From Nostoc sp. (GTDB taxonomy: Bacteria; Cyanobacteriota; Cyanobacteriia; Cyanobacteriales; Nostocaceae), in the NCBI GenBank assembly GCA_036918135.1, contig JBALDB010000021.1, positions 1 through 62,826 on the forward strand: a stretch of 62,826 nt of DNA. Direction: 5' to 3'. Positions within the stretch are counted from its first letter, which is position 1, and every line of letters begins with the position of its first letter. Below the pieces are notes generated by a model. That model was not told the DNA's origin and did no database searches. It worked only from the letters and a program-made list of their open reading frames with translations. Both the position numbers and the translations under genes were made by a program. Positions 30,153-44,788 of this stretch are shown in pieces.

Positions 30153-30554
30153 TAACAATAGTAGCCGCAGCCAATTAAATCCAAATGTATTGGATTTTTT
30201 GGGGTTTCATATCAAGTTCAGATAAATAATTATGATTATAAAAGTTACAGTAAATTTTAAATTACAGCCGTAGTCACACTCTTTAGGACATAAGGATGGG
30301 GTGAATGCTAGAGTTAGCAATAGTTTTACCTCCTGCCTCTAGCATAGCTGCCGACGCTCTCTACGAGACGCTGCGCGTAACTTGCTTCTCTGTAAGAGTA
30401 CGCGGACACGGCTTAGCTGCGTTATCCTGTCTCCTGCTATACTTAAGTGTGAGTATAAAATAGAGAAGAGTCTTTCAAGTTATATTTAGCGAGAGTAAAA
30501 ACTAAATAGTAATTATATAAAAACTTGTGATTAAAATATCTGTGCATTTTTACA

Positions 30555-31415
30555 TCATAGCTTCCCGGCGTTTCCACGTCCCCGCATCCCTATTTTTCTA
30601 TATAGCTTTTCACCTTTAATTACCTCCTCATATTGCTGCTCATAAGGAGTGAATCTGATAGATTCTTGTTTTCCTAAACCCAAGACGCCAAAGGTACAAA
30701 GGCTATTATAAAACAGTTCATGAACGCGTTTTTGAAGTATCTGGTTAAAATATATTAGGACATTACGACAAAGGATAACATTAAACTCATTAAAAGAACT
30801 ATCTGTTGCTAAATTATGCTGGGCAAAAACAACATTCTCTCTTAAAGATGCTCGAAAAATAGCATTGTCATAAGCTGCCGTATAATATTCGGAGAAAGAC
30901 TTTTTGCCACCCGCTTTGAGGTAAAGGTGGGTATATTCTTGCATTAATTTAAGCGAAAAAATACCACTTTTGGCCTTTTGTAATACTTTCTCGTTAGTAT
31001 CGGTAGCATATATACGGCAACGGTGATAAAGTCCTTCTTCTTCCAGTAGAATTGCCATTGAGTAGACTTCTTCACCACTGGAGCATCCAGCGTGCCAGAT
31101 GCGAATAAATGGATAGGTTTGCAAGAACGGGATGACTTGACTTCTAAAAGTATTATAAAAGCTGGGGTCGCGATACATGGATGTGACATTTACAGTTAAA
31201 GCCAGCAAAAAACTTTCTAAATAGTTAGGGTTGTGGAGTAACCGCTCTTGCAAGGCAGAAATATTAGCTAAGCCCTCTGACTGCATAAAGCTCTGAATGC
31301 GGCGTTTAATTGAGGAAAGTGCGTAATTCCGAAAGTCGTAACCATAGTAGTAATACACCCCTTCCAATAGCAAACGTATTTCGATGTCCTCCAAGCTAGG
31401 TTTTGGCAAAGTCAT
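30555..31415 (-). CDS. cheR: CheR-type protein-glutamate O-methyltransferase
   Basis: YGYDFRNY, IRIWHAGCSSGEEVYS, IYATD and CRNVLIYF. Confidence 0.93.
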   Translation of the reverse strand: MTLPKPSLEDIEIRLLLEGVYYYYGYDFRNYALSSIKRRIQSFMQSEGLANISALQERLLHNPNYLESFLLALTVNVTSMYRDPSFYNTFRSQVIPFLQTYPFIRIWHAGCSSGEEVYSMAILLEEEGLYHRCRIYATDTNEKVLQKAKSGIFSLKLMQEYTHLYLKAGGKKSFSEYYTAAYDNAIFRASLRENVVFAQHNLATDSSFNEFNVILCRNVLIYFNQILQKRVHELFYNSLCTFGVLGLGKQESIRFTPYEQQYEEVIKGEKLYRKIGMRGRGNAGKL

Positions 31416-31673
31416 AATAATTTGTAATTGATAATCAGTTCGTTGGCATAGTGTGTTTTAGATAAGACTCGCTAACGCTACGCTAACGTAATTCGTAATT
31501 ATTACCTCATTTTATTAATGGGCTTGTTTAAATGATGCTTCGGCAATTTGGCTCGTTTATGTGATTAATATTTGAGGATTTTAGAGTTTTTATAATGCAA
31601 GTGAATCCTACACCGAAAAGAGCTTACTGGATCGATTAAATTTTAAATGCCATAATACTGCTAACTTGGGATT

Positions 31674-32198
31674 TCAGTTTAACCAAGTGACCGTTACTCC
31701 TAAAACAGCGATCGCAGTTATCGAAATCCCAGTCAGCCATCTCACGCGGGAACGCAGATTTTTAATCTCTTGGTTGAGACTTTGTGTCTGGAGTGCGGAA
31801 TATGGTTGAACTGATGCAACTTCGATGGCTAATTCTTGGGATTTCGCTGGGCGACTTCCAAAAGTCACCTGGGAATGTAACCAATTAGCAATTAGTTGGG
31901 GACAGTTCTTTTTAAACCAATTGAAAGCCAAGATTCTAAAAACTGGTTTGGACATGCGGGCAATTAATTTCATTAACCTGTTTACAGGCCGTACGGGAAG
32001 CTTTTGGTTAATCAGGTTAACTGAGCCAACATCATAAAGACAATCCAGAATTAATTTCACAGTGGCTTCTTCACTGTTAATCAGGTTTTGCAGTAATAGC
32101 AGAACATCATGCATACGCTCTGCTTCAACATGTTTTTCTGCCAATGTTTCTGGACGAATTACTGATGAATTAGGGGAATTTTTTCTTACTATTGTCAT
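31674..32198 (-). CDS. Conserved cyanobacterial hypothetical protein with C-terminal TM
   Basis: EEATVKLILDCLYDVGSVNLIN core, coiled coil and TM tail. Confidence 0.8.
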   Translation of the reverse strand: MTIVRKNSPNSSVIRPETLAEKHVEAERMHDVLLLLQNLINSEEATVKLILDCLYDVGSVNLINQKLPVRPVNRLMKLIARMSKPVFRILAFNWFKKNCPQLIANWLHSQVTFGSRPAKSQELAIEVASVQPYSALQTQSLNQEIKNLRSRVRWLTGISITAIAVLGVTVTWLN

Positions 32199-32699
32199 AT
32201 TAAAAACATAACAGCTATATTAATGTAAGTACACTATCCACCGAGATAAAGATATATTATCTAGAGAAATAACCGAAAAAGTTGCTTGAAACAGAGATAT
32301 TTCCTTGAAAGACAGAAGTTATATAGATTATTTTATTACTGAAAGGAATTTCCTGTCATTGATATTGTTTTGACAAAAAATAGGGCATTGGGGATTGGGA
32401 ACTGGGGATAAGGGGTAATGGGGATTTGAGATTGAGTATTGAAGGCAGGAGGAAAACTGCCTTCTGCCTCCTGCTGCGACCAATCAGGGGAAGGGTTTAA
32501 GACCCCCACCAAATTTTTAATTTGGTGGCTCCCGTTCAGGAGGGGTCACCAATCCCCAACTAAGGCGGAACCTTCAGCATAGCTGCCGACGCTCTCTACG
32601 AGACGCTGCGCGTAGCTTGCTTCTCTGTAAGAGTACGCGGACACGGCTTAGCTGCGCTATCCTGTCCCCTGCCTCCTTCAATTCCTAGTTCCTAGCCCC

Positions 32700-36347
<3,648 letters not shown>

Positions 36348-37039
36348 TATTCCTGACAGTTAATTTAAATTTTTTGTGTTGCTGTTGTAAATCTTCTGAG
36401 AAACTTTTGGTTCTACAAATATAGAATATTGCCTTGAAGTTAAACTATGTTTTTTTCTATAAAGTAACATAAATATTTTTTGAATAAAAGTTAACATTTC
36501 ACTCATAGATAGTATAACTTATTTCCAAAGAAGCAACCATCTTCTTTTATAATTAAATCTTACGATGGATAATTAGATTACTACTCTTAGAGTATAAACT
36601 TGATATCTAATTTAAATCCCAAAAACTATGTTTTTCTAAGTGCAATAATTAACCTAGCAAAACCCAAATTTATATGAAGGATAACAGGTAGAATTTATTG
36701 GGGGATTAGGAAGCATAATCAAATGCTCTTGTAATTATAGATATTGTTCGCATCTTGTAGAAATGGAAATGGGTGAAGAGCCAGAAATGGTAGAATTGGT
36801 TATGAAACTAATATTTTATTATTTGAAACAGATTTTTATCTCGCTTCCAGACTAGGCTCTGGCAGCTTATGATTTCAAGATTTGAGTGTCATTTTATAAG
36901 TTATAGATCCCCAATTTCTCAGAAAAATCAGGGATCTATATATTAAGCTTTATATTTATTTAAAATTTACTAAGTTACGGTGATAAATAGCATCTATAAA
37001 TAAAGAATATAAGGAAGTAAAAATCCCCTTCCTCCTCAC

Positions 37040-37924
37040 TCATCTTGCCCATTGAATTCCACTTTGTATTACCTGGCGATCGCTCTCAATTACATTGACT
37101 GGGGACTGATTATATATCCGAAAATTTTGAATCTTGTTACTCTCTAAAATAGCTCTTGCACCAGCCATATAAATATCAGTAGCATTTAAAAAAACGATAA
37201 AATTGCCAAGATTCAATTGATTTTCATAATAATTAGCTAAATCTTCAGCTACTCCTAAAGGATTATAGTTATCTTTAGTAATTACTGAAACTTGACTCAT
37301 CGGAAAGCCAGCTTTCTTAAGTTCCGTAAGTGCTGTTTCTACATCTTGACGGTCAGAAAAAACACCAACTCCATGTTTATAGCGACTTTTAGGAGATAAA
37401 TATGGTTGATAAATACCACAGTTTTCAATGTTATAACGATTAAAAATCCTTGTAGCAAAATTAATTTCGCTTTCTATGCCAGTTATTATCACCAGATAGT
37501 AACCTTGAAAGATTAAATCGCTATAAACCTCTGCTCCATCTTTTGGAATTCCTAAACATAGCAACGCACTAGCCAAACTACCTGCTGCTACACCGATCGC
37601 ACCACCTGCTATAGTGGTAGCGATCGCTCCTGCTTCTGCTCCGGCTACCATGATTGGTTCTATACCAGGAATTGCTAACATACCTATACTTATTGATGAG
37701 TTAGCAAGACCACCTAAAGTATTATGAGTATAATCCTGAAGTATATTGCTAGCATCGTCTTTAACTTCAATACCAGCAATATCACTTTGTTCTTCCGCCT
37801 TTCGTGCAATTACAGAAACTTTGTGCATTGGAAAGTCTAGAGCTTTCAGTTCCTGGAATGCCAATTGTGCATCCGAATATTTAGCGAAAACTCCTATAAA
37901 TTTTCGCTCTTTTTCTGATGTCAT
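37040..37924 (-). CDS. General stress protein (17M-like duplicated domain)
   Basis: Two GVF...A..ELK..GFPM..VSVI repeats and a Gly/Ala-rich hydrophobic segment. Confidence 0.8.
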   Translation of the reverse strand: MTSEKERKFIGVFAKYSDAQLAFQELKALDFPMHKVSVIARKAEEQSDIAGIEVKDDASNILQDYTHNTLGGLANSSISIGMLAIPGIEPIMVAGAEAGAIATTIAGGAIGVAAGSLASALLCLGIPKDGAEVYSDLIFQGYYLVIITGIESEINFATRIFNRYNIENCGIYQPYLSPKSRYKHGVGVFSDRQDVETALTELKKAGFPMSQVSVITKDNYNPLGVAEDLANYYENQLNLGNFIVFLNATDIYMAGARAILESNKIQNFRIYNQSPVNVIESDRQVIQSGIQWAR

Positions 37925-37981
37925 TTTACCCGCTTATTCCGACTTAAAATGATTCCCAAATTTTTAATTAATCTGAGGTAA

Positions 37982-38260
37982 TTACACAGCACTACGAGTT
38001 AGTAAACCCCAAAGGAAAATTAATAGCATTGCACCCAGAACAGCAAATAAAATACTTCCAAAAGATAAGGCTCCTACAGATGCGGCTGCTGCTGAACCAC
38101 TTCCTAATAAAGTTTGACCTAGATAGCCACCAACTACAGCTCCGAGAATTCCTAATACAATTGTCGAAAGAATACCGCCACCTTGGGTTCCCGGATAAAA
38201 GAATTTAGCTAAAGCACCCGCAATTAAGCCTAAAACTAACCAAGCTATGATGTTGCCCAT
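37982..38260 (-). CDS. GlsB/YeaQ/YmgE family stress-response membrane protein
   Basis: IIAWLVLGLIAGALAK..PG and LGILGAVVGG motifs. Confidence 0.92.
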   Translation of the reverse strand: MGNIIAWLVLGLIAGALAKFFYPGTQGGGILSTIVLGILGAVVGGYLGQTLLGSGSAAAASVGALSFGSILFAVLGAMLLIFLWGLLTRSAV

Positions 38261-38862
38261 AATATCTCTCCTCTGTTCAGCAAAATGCTATTTACTTGCT
38301 TTTGATTACTTTTATAGTAAGTTTTTCGACAAAATTCCCGATCTACCTAGAGAACTAATATCAAAAATCTTCAGACATTATTTGATGTTTAGAAAGTCAT
38401 CTTTGAGAATGAATATACGGAATAATCTAGACTTGGGAAATAAAACAGGCTTGAAAGCTGGCTTTGAGACTTGCAAATTTATACTTAATCAAGCTAGGAA
38501 AATTTGTAACAGTAACTATATAGTATTTAGCAATCTTATTTGATTTGCTTCAATTTACAAGGCTCAGCTCTTTGACTTCTTTTATAAGTCGGAGAAAAAA
38601 ATACTATTACTAATCCAACAATGCTTTAATTTTATCTACAGATAGAAGAATCAAATTATTCTTTTCTCTCTTTTGGATATTAGTTAAATTCTTTTAGATG
38701 AACTTATTTTATAACTAACTATACAAAACGGAGAAAAATATTTATTAAAAAAACATCTAAAGATAGAAGAACTTTTCAATGGTTCAAACTAATGTAAATA
38801 TATTGCAATCCAGATTTGGTAAGCAATAACACATAAGTAGTTAACTAGTTTTGGAGTAAATT

Positions 38863-39045
38863 ATGAGTCTTGAAGATAGAGCAAAAGCTGTTGCTAAAAA
38901 CATCGAAGGCAAAGCGCAAGAAATAGTTGGAAATGTAACTGGCGATCCCGAAGATAAAGCTGAAGGTCAAGCTAAGCAAGCTGAATCACAGGTTCGTCAC
39001 ACAGCTGAAGATGTCAAAGATAAAGTTAAGGAAGGTCTAGAGTAG
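38863..39045 (+). CDS. CsbD family general stress protein
   Basis: IEGKAQE.VG.VTGD...KAEGQAKQ; GGAG RBS. Confidence 0.92.
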   Translation: MSLEDRAKAVAKNIEGKAQEIVGNVTGDPEDKAEGQAKQAESQVRHTAEDVKDKVKEGLE

Positions 39046-39447
39046 ACTGAATTTTATATTGAGAGAAGGTGAAAGTAAAATCATAATTAACTAGACCTTC
39101 TCCTAATTAAAATTTCTGATGTCTCTATTAAGTTTAAGTTTTGATGCAGTAGTTTGCAACTGAATTTAGTAATAAGTTAAAAAATCAAACAAAATTTTAA
39201 TTATCCAAAAAAAATCTTGAAACCATTGATAAATTCTGTTTCTGTCTACCTCCTAAGTCTAAGTGTTTTTTCAGTGTTCGTAGGATTTTACCTGTGAACA
39301 CCATTTTTTTATGATTCTACTTTGATTTTTAAAGACTTCCGTTGTTTAGATCCTCGACTTTTTGGCAGAAATCGGGGATCTCACTTTTCAGAAACGATTT
39401 TAAGTATCGCTTGATTTTTACTTTATAAACAAATAGCCTTTGAACTT

Positions 39448-40542
39448 CTAGTTTTCATCAGCCACAGGTAGATGTATTGTAAATGTACTACCTTGGCCTG
39501 GTTCAGATATCACATCGATTGTGCCTTGATGTGCTTCAATAATGCAGCGAGATAGATATAGTCCTAAACCACTACCAGAACGCTGGTGTTTACCTTGGCG
39601 AAATCGCTCGAATAATATTGCTTGGTCTTGTTTAGAAATTCCCGAGCCTGTATCTTGAATATTAATAGTTACATCTGGCAAATCAAGATAGCAGCGAATA
39701 TTTACAGAACCTTTGTCTGTAAATTTGATGGCGTTACCAATGATGTTTGTAAAAACTCGCCGCAGTTCTACGCGATCGCCCATCACTGTAATTGCAGTTT
39801 CACCTCTATCAATATTCACAACTAATCCTTTTTCTTCGGCCAAGGGAGTTAATTCTTGAGCAACTTCACCAACTAATTCCTGAATATCACAAGGAGAAAT
39901 TTTTAATATTTTACACCCTGCCTCATGACGATAAACTTCTAACAAAGTATTTACCATTTCTAGCAGGTCTTGGTTACTGCCAATCATGGTATTAATTATT
40001 TCTTGCAATTGTGGCGAAACTTCGCAAAACCTGCCTTCTAGCAATAATTTTAAAATCCGGTTTGAGGCTACTAGTGGTATACGTAAATCGTGAGTAAAAC
40101 GCGAGACAAAATCCGCCCGCAAGTTAGCCATTTGATCTCGTTCGTCGATACTATGCTTGAGCCGCAAGAGCGATCGCACTCGTGCATCTAGTTCATCTGG
40201 ATCGAATGGTTTACGAATAAAGTCATCTGCACCTGCATCAAGTCCTTGAACAACGCTTGACTCATAATGAGCTGTAATTAGCAAAATCGGGATAAATGGC
40301 AACGCTTGATTTTTTCGGATGCGTCGAGTGAATTCATACCCATCGATCCCTGGCATCATCACATCTAAGAGAATTAAGTCTGGTGGCGACTCTTCAACCA
40401 TACTCAGAGCAATTTTACTATCTTCCACTAAGCTAATTTCATAGTCCTTATCTTGTAGGACTGCTTCTAAGATGAGTAAATTGTCAAGAATGTCATCGAC
40501 AACAAGAATTTTATCTTTTTTAACAGTTTTAGTTAAAGACAT
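39448..40542 (-). CDS. REC-histidine kinase hybrid
   Basis: ILVVDD, LLDVMMP, HDLRIPL, NAIKFT and GSGLGL; ATG 40542. Confidence 0.93.
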   Translation of the reverse strand: MSLTKTVKKDKILVVDDILDNLLILEAVLQDKDYEISLVEDSKIALSMVEESPPDLILLDVMMPGIDGYEFTRRIRKNQALPFIPILLITAHYESSVVQGLDAGADDFIRKPFDPDELDARVRSLLRLKHSIDERDQMANLRADFVSRFTHDLRIPLVASNRILKLLLEGRFCEVSPQLQEIINTMIGSNQDLLEMVNTLLEVYRHEAGCKILKISPCDIQELVGEVAQELTPLAEEKGLVVNIDRGETAITVMGDRVELRRVFTNIIGNAIKFTDKGSVNIRCYLDLPDVTINIQDTGSGISKQDQAILFERFRQGKHQRSGSGLGLYLSRCIIEAHQGTIDVISEPGQGSTFTIHLPVADEN

Positions 40543-41126
40543 GGCTAAATAAAAAAAGATGTGCTTGGCTATCCCTCGCAAATCTAGTAATAGCTTACTT
40601 CAACAGCGGTGAGATTATTAAATATTTCACTTTTTCGTTTAAAGTTCCTGAATTTATGATAACTATTTCAGCAATTATACTTATTTTATTCGTATAATAT
40701 ATATTTAGCAGTGTTAAATTTAGTTTTTATTAAATATATTAGCTAGTTGATTATCCATAGCTGCGAGTAAAGTGCTAGGTTGAAGTAGTTTAGTCGATTT
40801 TGCGTGCATTCTTCTTAGTTTAGCAAGAGTAACTGATTGAATAGCCCTAGACTGAAAGCTTGCTACCAGATTTTAGAATTCACTTGTACGCCATAAAACA
40901 TCTATCTTCAAAAGAATGTATAAAAATATTTTTTGATCTAATTATATTGTTCAGATAGAAACTCTTGCCTCTTGAAAAACTTCCGATATCGAGTTATTTA
41001 TGTCTAATGGTAGATGCCATTCAGGAAACAATACCAAAGATATTGCTTTTTGTATAAAATCCTGAATGTGAGAACAAGATTATTTTAATGTGTACTTTAG
41101 ATAGATAACAGTAAAGTTAAGTAACT

Positions 41127-41846
41127 ATGAGTGAAATCAAGATCCTCGTGATTGAAGATCATAACCTTACGAGAATTGGTTTACGGGCTGCCCTGCAAAC
41201 CCAGCCAGAAATAAATATTGTTGGTGAAGCGGCCAATGCAGCAGATGGAATAGAACTGTTGAAAACTCTCAAGCCCGATGTTGCTACTATTGACATTGGT
41301 TTGCCAGATATGGATGGTATCGAACTGACACGGACTTTTAGGCAGTATCAAGCAGAGAAGGAAGATTATACAACAAAGCTGCTGATTTTAACAATGCAAA
41401 ATAGCGAGCAGGCAGTTTTAGCAGCATTTGCAGCAGGTGCAGATTCTTACTGCATGAAGGATATCGAAAGTGAGAAACTAGTAGAAGCCGTGCAAACGAC
41501 CTATGCAGGTAGCTCGTGGATCGATCCAACGATCGCAGACCTTGTACTACAGCAAATACGTCAAGATTTCCCCGATGCCAGCAGAGCAACCGCAGGAAAA
41601 AGAGTATTGATTGAAGGTATTGACCCAGATGTTGAGAAAACTATCGTCAGCTATCCTTTAACTCAACGCGAAATGGATGTTTTAGAGTTGATTGTCGCTG
41701 GCTGTGATAATGCAGAAATCGCCAAAAGACTTTATCTAACAGTTGGTACTGTCAAAACTCATGTTCGCGGGATTCTGAATAAACTCTGTGTTGCTGACCG
41801 TACACAAGCTGCTGTGCGTGCCTTGCGTGCGGGGTTAGTACCTTAA
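41127..41846 (+). CDS. NarL/LuxR family response regulator (OrrA-like)
   Basis: IEDH..TR, IDIGLPD and LTQREMDVL...TVKTHVRGIL.KL HTH. Confidence 0.92.
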   Translation: MSEIKILVIEDHNLTRIGLRAALQTQPEINIVGEAANAADGIELLKTLKPDVATIDIGLPDMDGIELTRTFRQYQAEKEDYTTKLLILTMQNSEQAVLAAFAAGADSYCMKDIESEKLVEAVQTTYAGSSWIDPTIADLVLQQIRQDFPDASRATAGKRVLIEGIDPDVEKTIVSYPLTQREMDVLELIVAGCDNAEIAKRLYLTVGTVKTHVRGILNKLCVADRTQAAVRALRAGLVP

Positions 41847-41959
41847 AAAATTAAAAAAATAAGTACAAAGTCAAAATCAATACTAGATTATGATTTTTGC
41901 ACTTGACAAAAATCAAAAAATACGCAAGAATCGTAAATTGTGGATAAAGATAATTGCCA

Positions 41960-42041
41960 GCGGAACTGGCGGAATTGGCAGACGCGCTAGATTCAGGTTC
42001 TAGTGCCGCAAGGCTTCCGGGTTCAAGTCCCGGGTTCCGCA
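41960..42041 (+). tRNA. trnL: tRNA-Leu (CAG)
   Basis: GCGGAAC/GTTCCGC stem, CTAGA-TTCAGGT-TCTAG anticodon arm, long variable arm. Confidence 0.98.
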
Positions 42042-42130
42042 TTTTTAGTTATGACTAAAGAGTTAGGAGTAGAGAGCTGATTTAGTTGTTTTAATTCCTA
42101 AACTTATTATTCCTGAGTCCTAACTTTTTG

Positions 42131-42910
42131 ATGTTAACCAGCTTACAAAATCCCCTAGTCAAGCAAATCCGCAAATTACACTCAACCAAGGAGCGACATA
42201 AGCAGCAGTTATTTTTGCTAGAAGGGACGCACTTGTTAGAGGAAGCTTGTGCGGTGAATTACTCACTACAGACAGTGTGTTGTACTCCAGATTGGCAAGC
42301 AACCCATTCCTTCTTGTGGGAAGAAGCTTGTAAGCGATGCGAGCGCGCCGAAATTGTTAGTAGAGAAGTCTTGGATGCGATCGCCACCACAGTCCAACCC
42401 GATGGTATCGTAGCAACAGCAAAACGAAGCGATGCTCAAACTCAAGTACCTTTTACTGGTATAGTCCTAGCTTTAGAAACAGTACAAGATCCTGGTAACC
42501 TGGGTACAATGATTCGCACTGCGGCGGCGGCTGGGGCATCAGGATTGTGGCTAAATGGAGATAGTGTAGATTTAGATAATCCTAAAGTTCTACGTGCTTC
42601 GGCAGGACAATGGTTTCGCCTACCAGCGGCAGTAACCGAGGATTTAAAAGCGACAGTGCAACAAAGCCAGCAAGCAGGAATGCAGGTAATAGCAACCTTG
42701 CCAAGCGCCACATCAACTTATTGGCAAGTGGATTGGCGAAAACCGAGTTTGATTTTACTGGGAAACGAAGGTGCTGGTTTGTCAGCAGATTTAGCAGCGA
42801 TGGCAGACAAGCAAGTGAGAATTCCTTTAAGTCCTGGAGTAGAGTCTTTGAATGTGGCGATCGCAGCAGCTTTAATGTTGTACGAAGCTCAGCGGCAAAT
42901 GAGTCATTAG
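42131..42910 (+). CDS. TrmH/SpoU family RNA methyltransferase
   Basis: QDPGNLGTMIRTA, GNEGAGLS and ESLNVA motifs. Confidence 0.95.
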   Translation: MLTSLQNPLVKQIRKLHSTKERHKQQLFLLEGTHLLEEACAVNYSLQTVCCTPDWQATHSFLWEEACKRCERAEIVSREVLDAIATTVQPDGIVATAKRSDAQTQVPFTGIVLALETVQDPGNLGTMIRTAAAAGASGLWLNGDSVDLDNPKVLRASAGQWFRLPAAVTEDLKATVQQSQQAGMQVIATLPSATSTYWQVDWRKPSLILLGNEGAGLSADLAAMADKQVRIPLSPGVESLNVAIAAALMLYEAQRQMSH

Positions 42911-42944
42911 TCATGGGTCATAAGTGAATAATAAAGGACAAAGC

Positions 42945-43052
42945 GCAAAGTCTGTAGACGCTTCTGCGGCTTCCCGCAGGGTGCGTCGGCTTCCGGCGAT
43001 GGCTTCGCCAACGTCTTCTCCTTCGGAGACGCTAACGCGAACGACGAACAGA
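42945..43052. repeat. Cluster of nested small dispersed repeats
   Basis: GTAGACGC..GCGGCTT.CCG.AGG resembles the 54912 insert; TCTCCTTCGGAGACGCTAACGCGAAC module. Confidence 0.65.
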
Positions 43053-43090
43053 ACTTTGTAAGAGAGTGACAAATGACTAATGACAAACTT

Positions 43091-43324
43091 TTATTTTGTT
43101 TTTTGCTCAAAATATTGTTCAATATCGGCAACGGCGTCTTCAAAAGCTGCTAAATCGATATCTGTCAAATCATTAGCTTCGAGTTCATTAGCACTCTCAG
43201 GATGCAATTTTGGTGTCTGTTCATCCTCAGTAGAATTTTCTTGTAAGATATCCTCCAATTGGTCGAGGGCTTCTTGAAACTCTCGATCGGGGTCGTAGTG
43301 CTGTGGTCGGTGACTTTGCTCCAT
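43091..43324 (-). CDS. Small acidic hypothetical protein
   Basis: EFQEALDQLE and FEDAVADIEQYF. Confidence 0.75.
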   Translation of the reverse strand: MEQSHRPQHYDPDREFQEALDQLEDILQENSTEDEQTPKLHPESANELEANDLTDIDLAAFEDAVADIEQYFEQKTK

Positions 43325-43884
43325 AGGTTAACTTGAAAATCCTAATTTACTAGCGTAATTTCTATAAATTTAAATTTTGCATATATGACATCATAATTTG
43401 TGCCTATCTGCTTTATCAACTTTAGAGCGATCGCTATTTTTGGTTAATTGCTTACATCCAAGTCGCCCAGAGCAAGCAACGCCTACTCGAAAGCGCTATG
43501 CAATCAACCTACCAGCCAGCAAGGGAGAGTGCGATCTGCTTCACTACTACCTTTATCTAGCAGGGTTAGCACATCTCAAATGCTATTCATAAGCGGGTTT
43601 ACATACCTCATCATGTTGCAACAAGCAAGCAGCAAGAATACTCAGCCTTATTACGAAACTCGGTTTAAATGGAGAGTGGGAAGCGATCGCCTATTATCTC
43701 ACTAAGCTTAAAGATTATACGTCTCTATGAGAAGCGGTTGATTTACCATCGAAATTGATATAGCAAGCGAATTAAAGGTTAGGACATCTTGAAAGCCTGG
43801 ATGCTAGGAATAGTAATGTTTTACCTCCTGCCTCCAGCATGGCTGCCTTGTCTTCGACACGCTACGCGAACTGCCTCCTGCTAT

Positions 43885-44047
43885 ATTTGAAATTCTCCCG
43901 ATCGCTCCTAGACTACCTGCAACTGCTTCAGCAGTCAAATCCATGTGAGCTTGGGTATACACCCGGCGGGGAATAGTCAATCTTGATTTTATATGGTTCT
44001 GCCCAAGAGCGATGGCGGCGCAGGGAAGTATGTTTAGCCTCAGTCAT
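43885..44047 (-). pseudogene. Internally deleted tyrosine phenol-lyase/tryptophanase gene
   Basis: GGAG RBS, then MTEAKHTSLRRHRSWAEPYKIK fused out of frame to RLTIPRRVYTQAHMD. Confidence 0.8.
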
Positions 44048-44234
44048 AGATTAATGCTCCTTAATGTCCGTTGGCTAAATATTGCACCCATTTTGGTTGC
44101 TAAAACCTGCTGTTGCCAAGACTCTGATTTCAAGTCTGGCTAAATACTTATTATTAAAACTGACGGAAAGATGCGAGGACGCTGTGACGAGAAGAATTAT
44201 TTTTAATCAGCCAGACTTGAGATGAGAAGTGATT

Positions 44235-44471
44235 TTAATGCTTCGGCGCACACCAATGAGCTACTGCTTCAATTCGCGCTTGTTGCATCAATTCCCAAAC
44301 TTGCGATTGATTACAACCATAGGTAGATGTTAACAATTTTTCACCTTGATTTTTTGCTTCATCAGCAGATGCACCAAAGGTGATAATTTCTTCGTCTTGG
44401 TTACCTGTAATTTTCTCAACTGGAATTATACAGGTATATTGAGGTTCATTATGTCTGATTTATTGTACCAT
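44235..44471 (-). pseudogene. Small hypothetical gene with TAA at codon 4
   Basis: ATG GTA CAA TAA then an open frame IRHNEPQYTCIIPV...HWCAPKH*. Confidence 0.45.
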
Positions 44472-44788
44472 TACTTACCAACCTTACTGAGAATAAATGT
44501 CTATTTTTAATATATTTCTAACTCCAGATAAATATCACTCAAAGAGAAACAGACTTCATATTTCCGTAATTACAATTAAAAAAATACAATTTTTATACGT
44601 ATTCAAGGTAATATTAAGAATTTTCTCAAAATTCTGCTTATCTGGAGTCTAAACAGTTACCTATGTGAAAATTAAATCAAGCATCAATAAATATCTTTTT
44701 GTAAACTTTTGTTTGGTTTTTAGCTCGTAATACATTCTGAATTCTGTATTGAGTCGTTAAAAACATTATAAAAATTGGAGGTTATAAA

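Noticed and set aside
41851..42042. 63-aa minus-strand ORF
   Set aside because: Antisense shadow of tRNA-Leu.
41960..42130. tRNA-Leu as an integration site
   Set aside because: No duplicated tRNA 3' end, integrase or transposon end was seen nearby.
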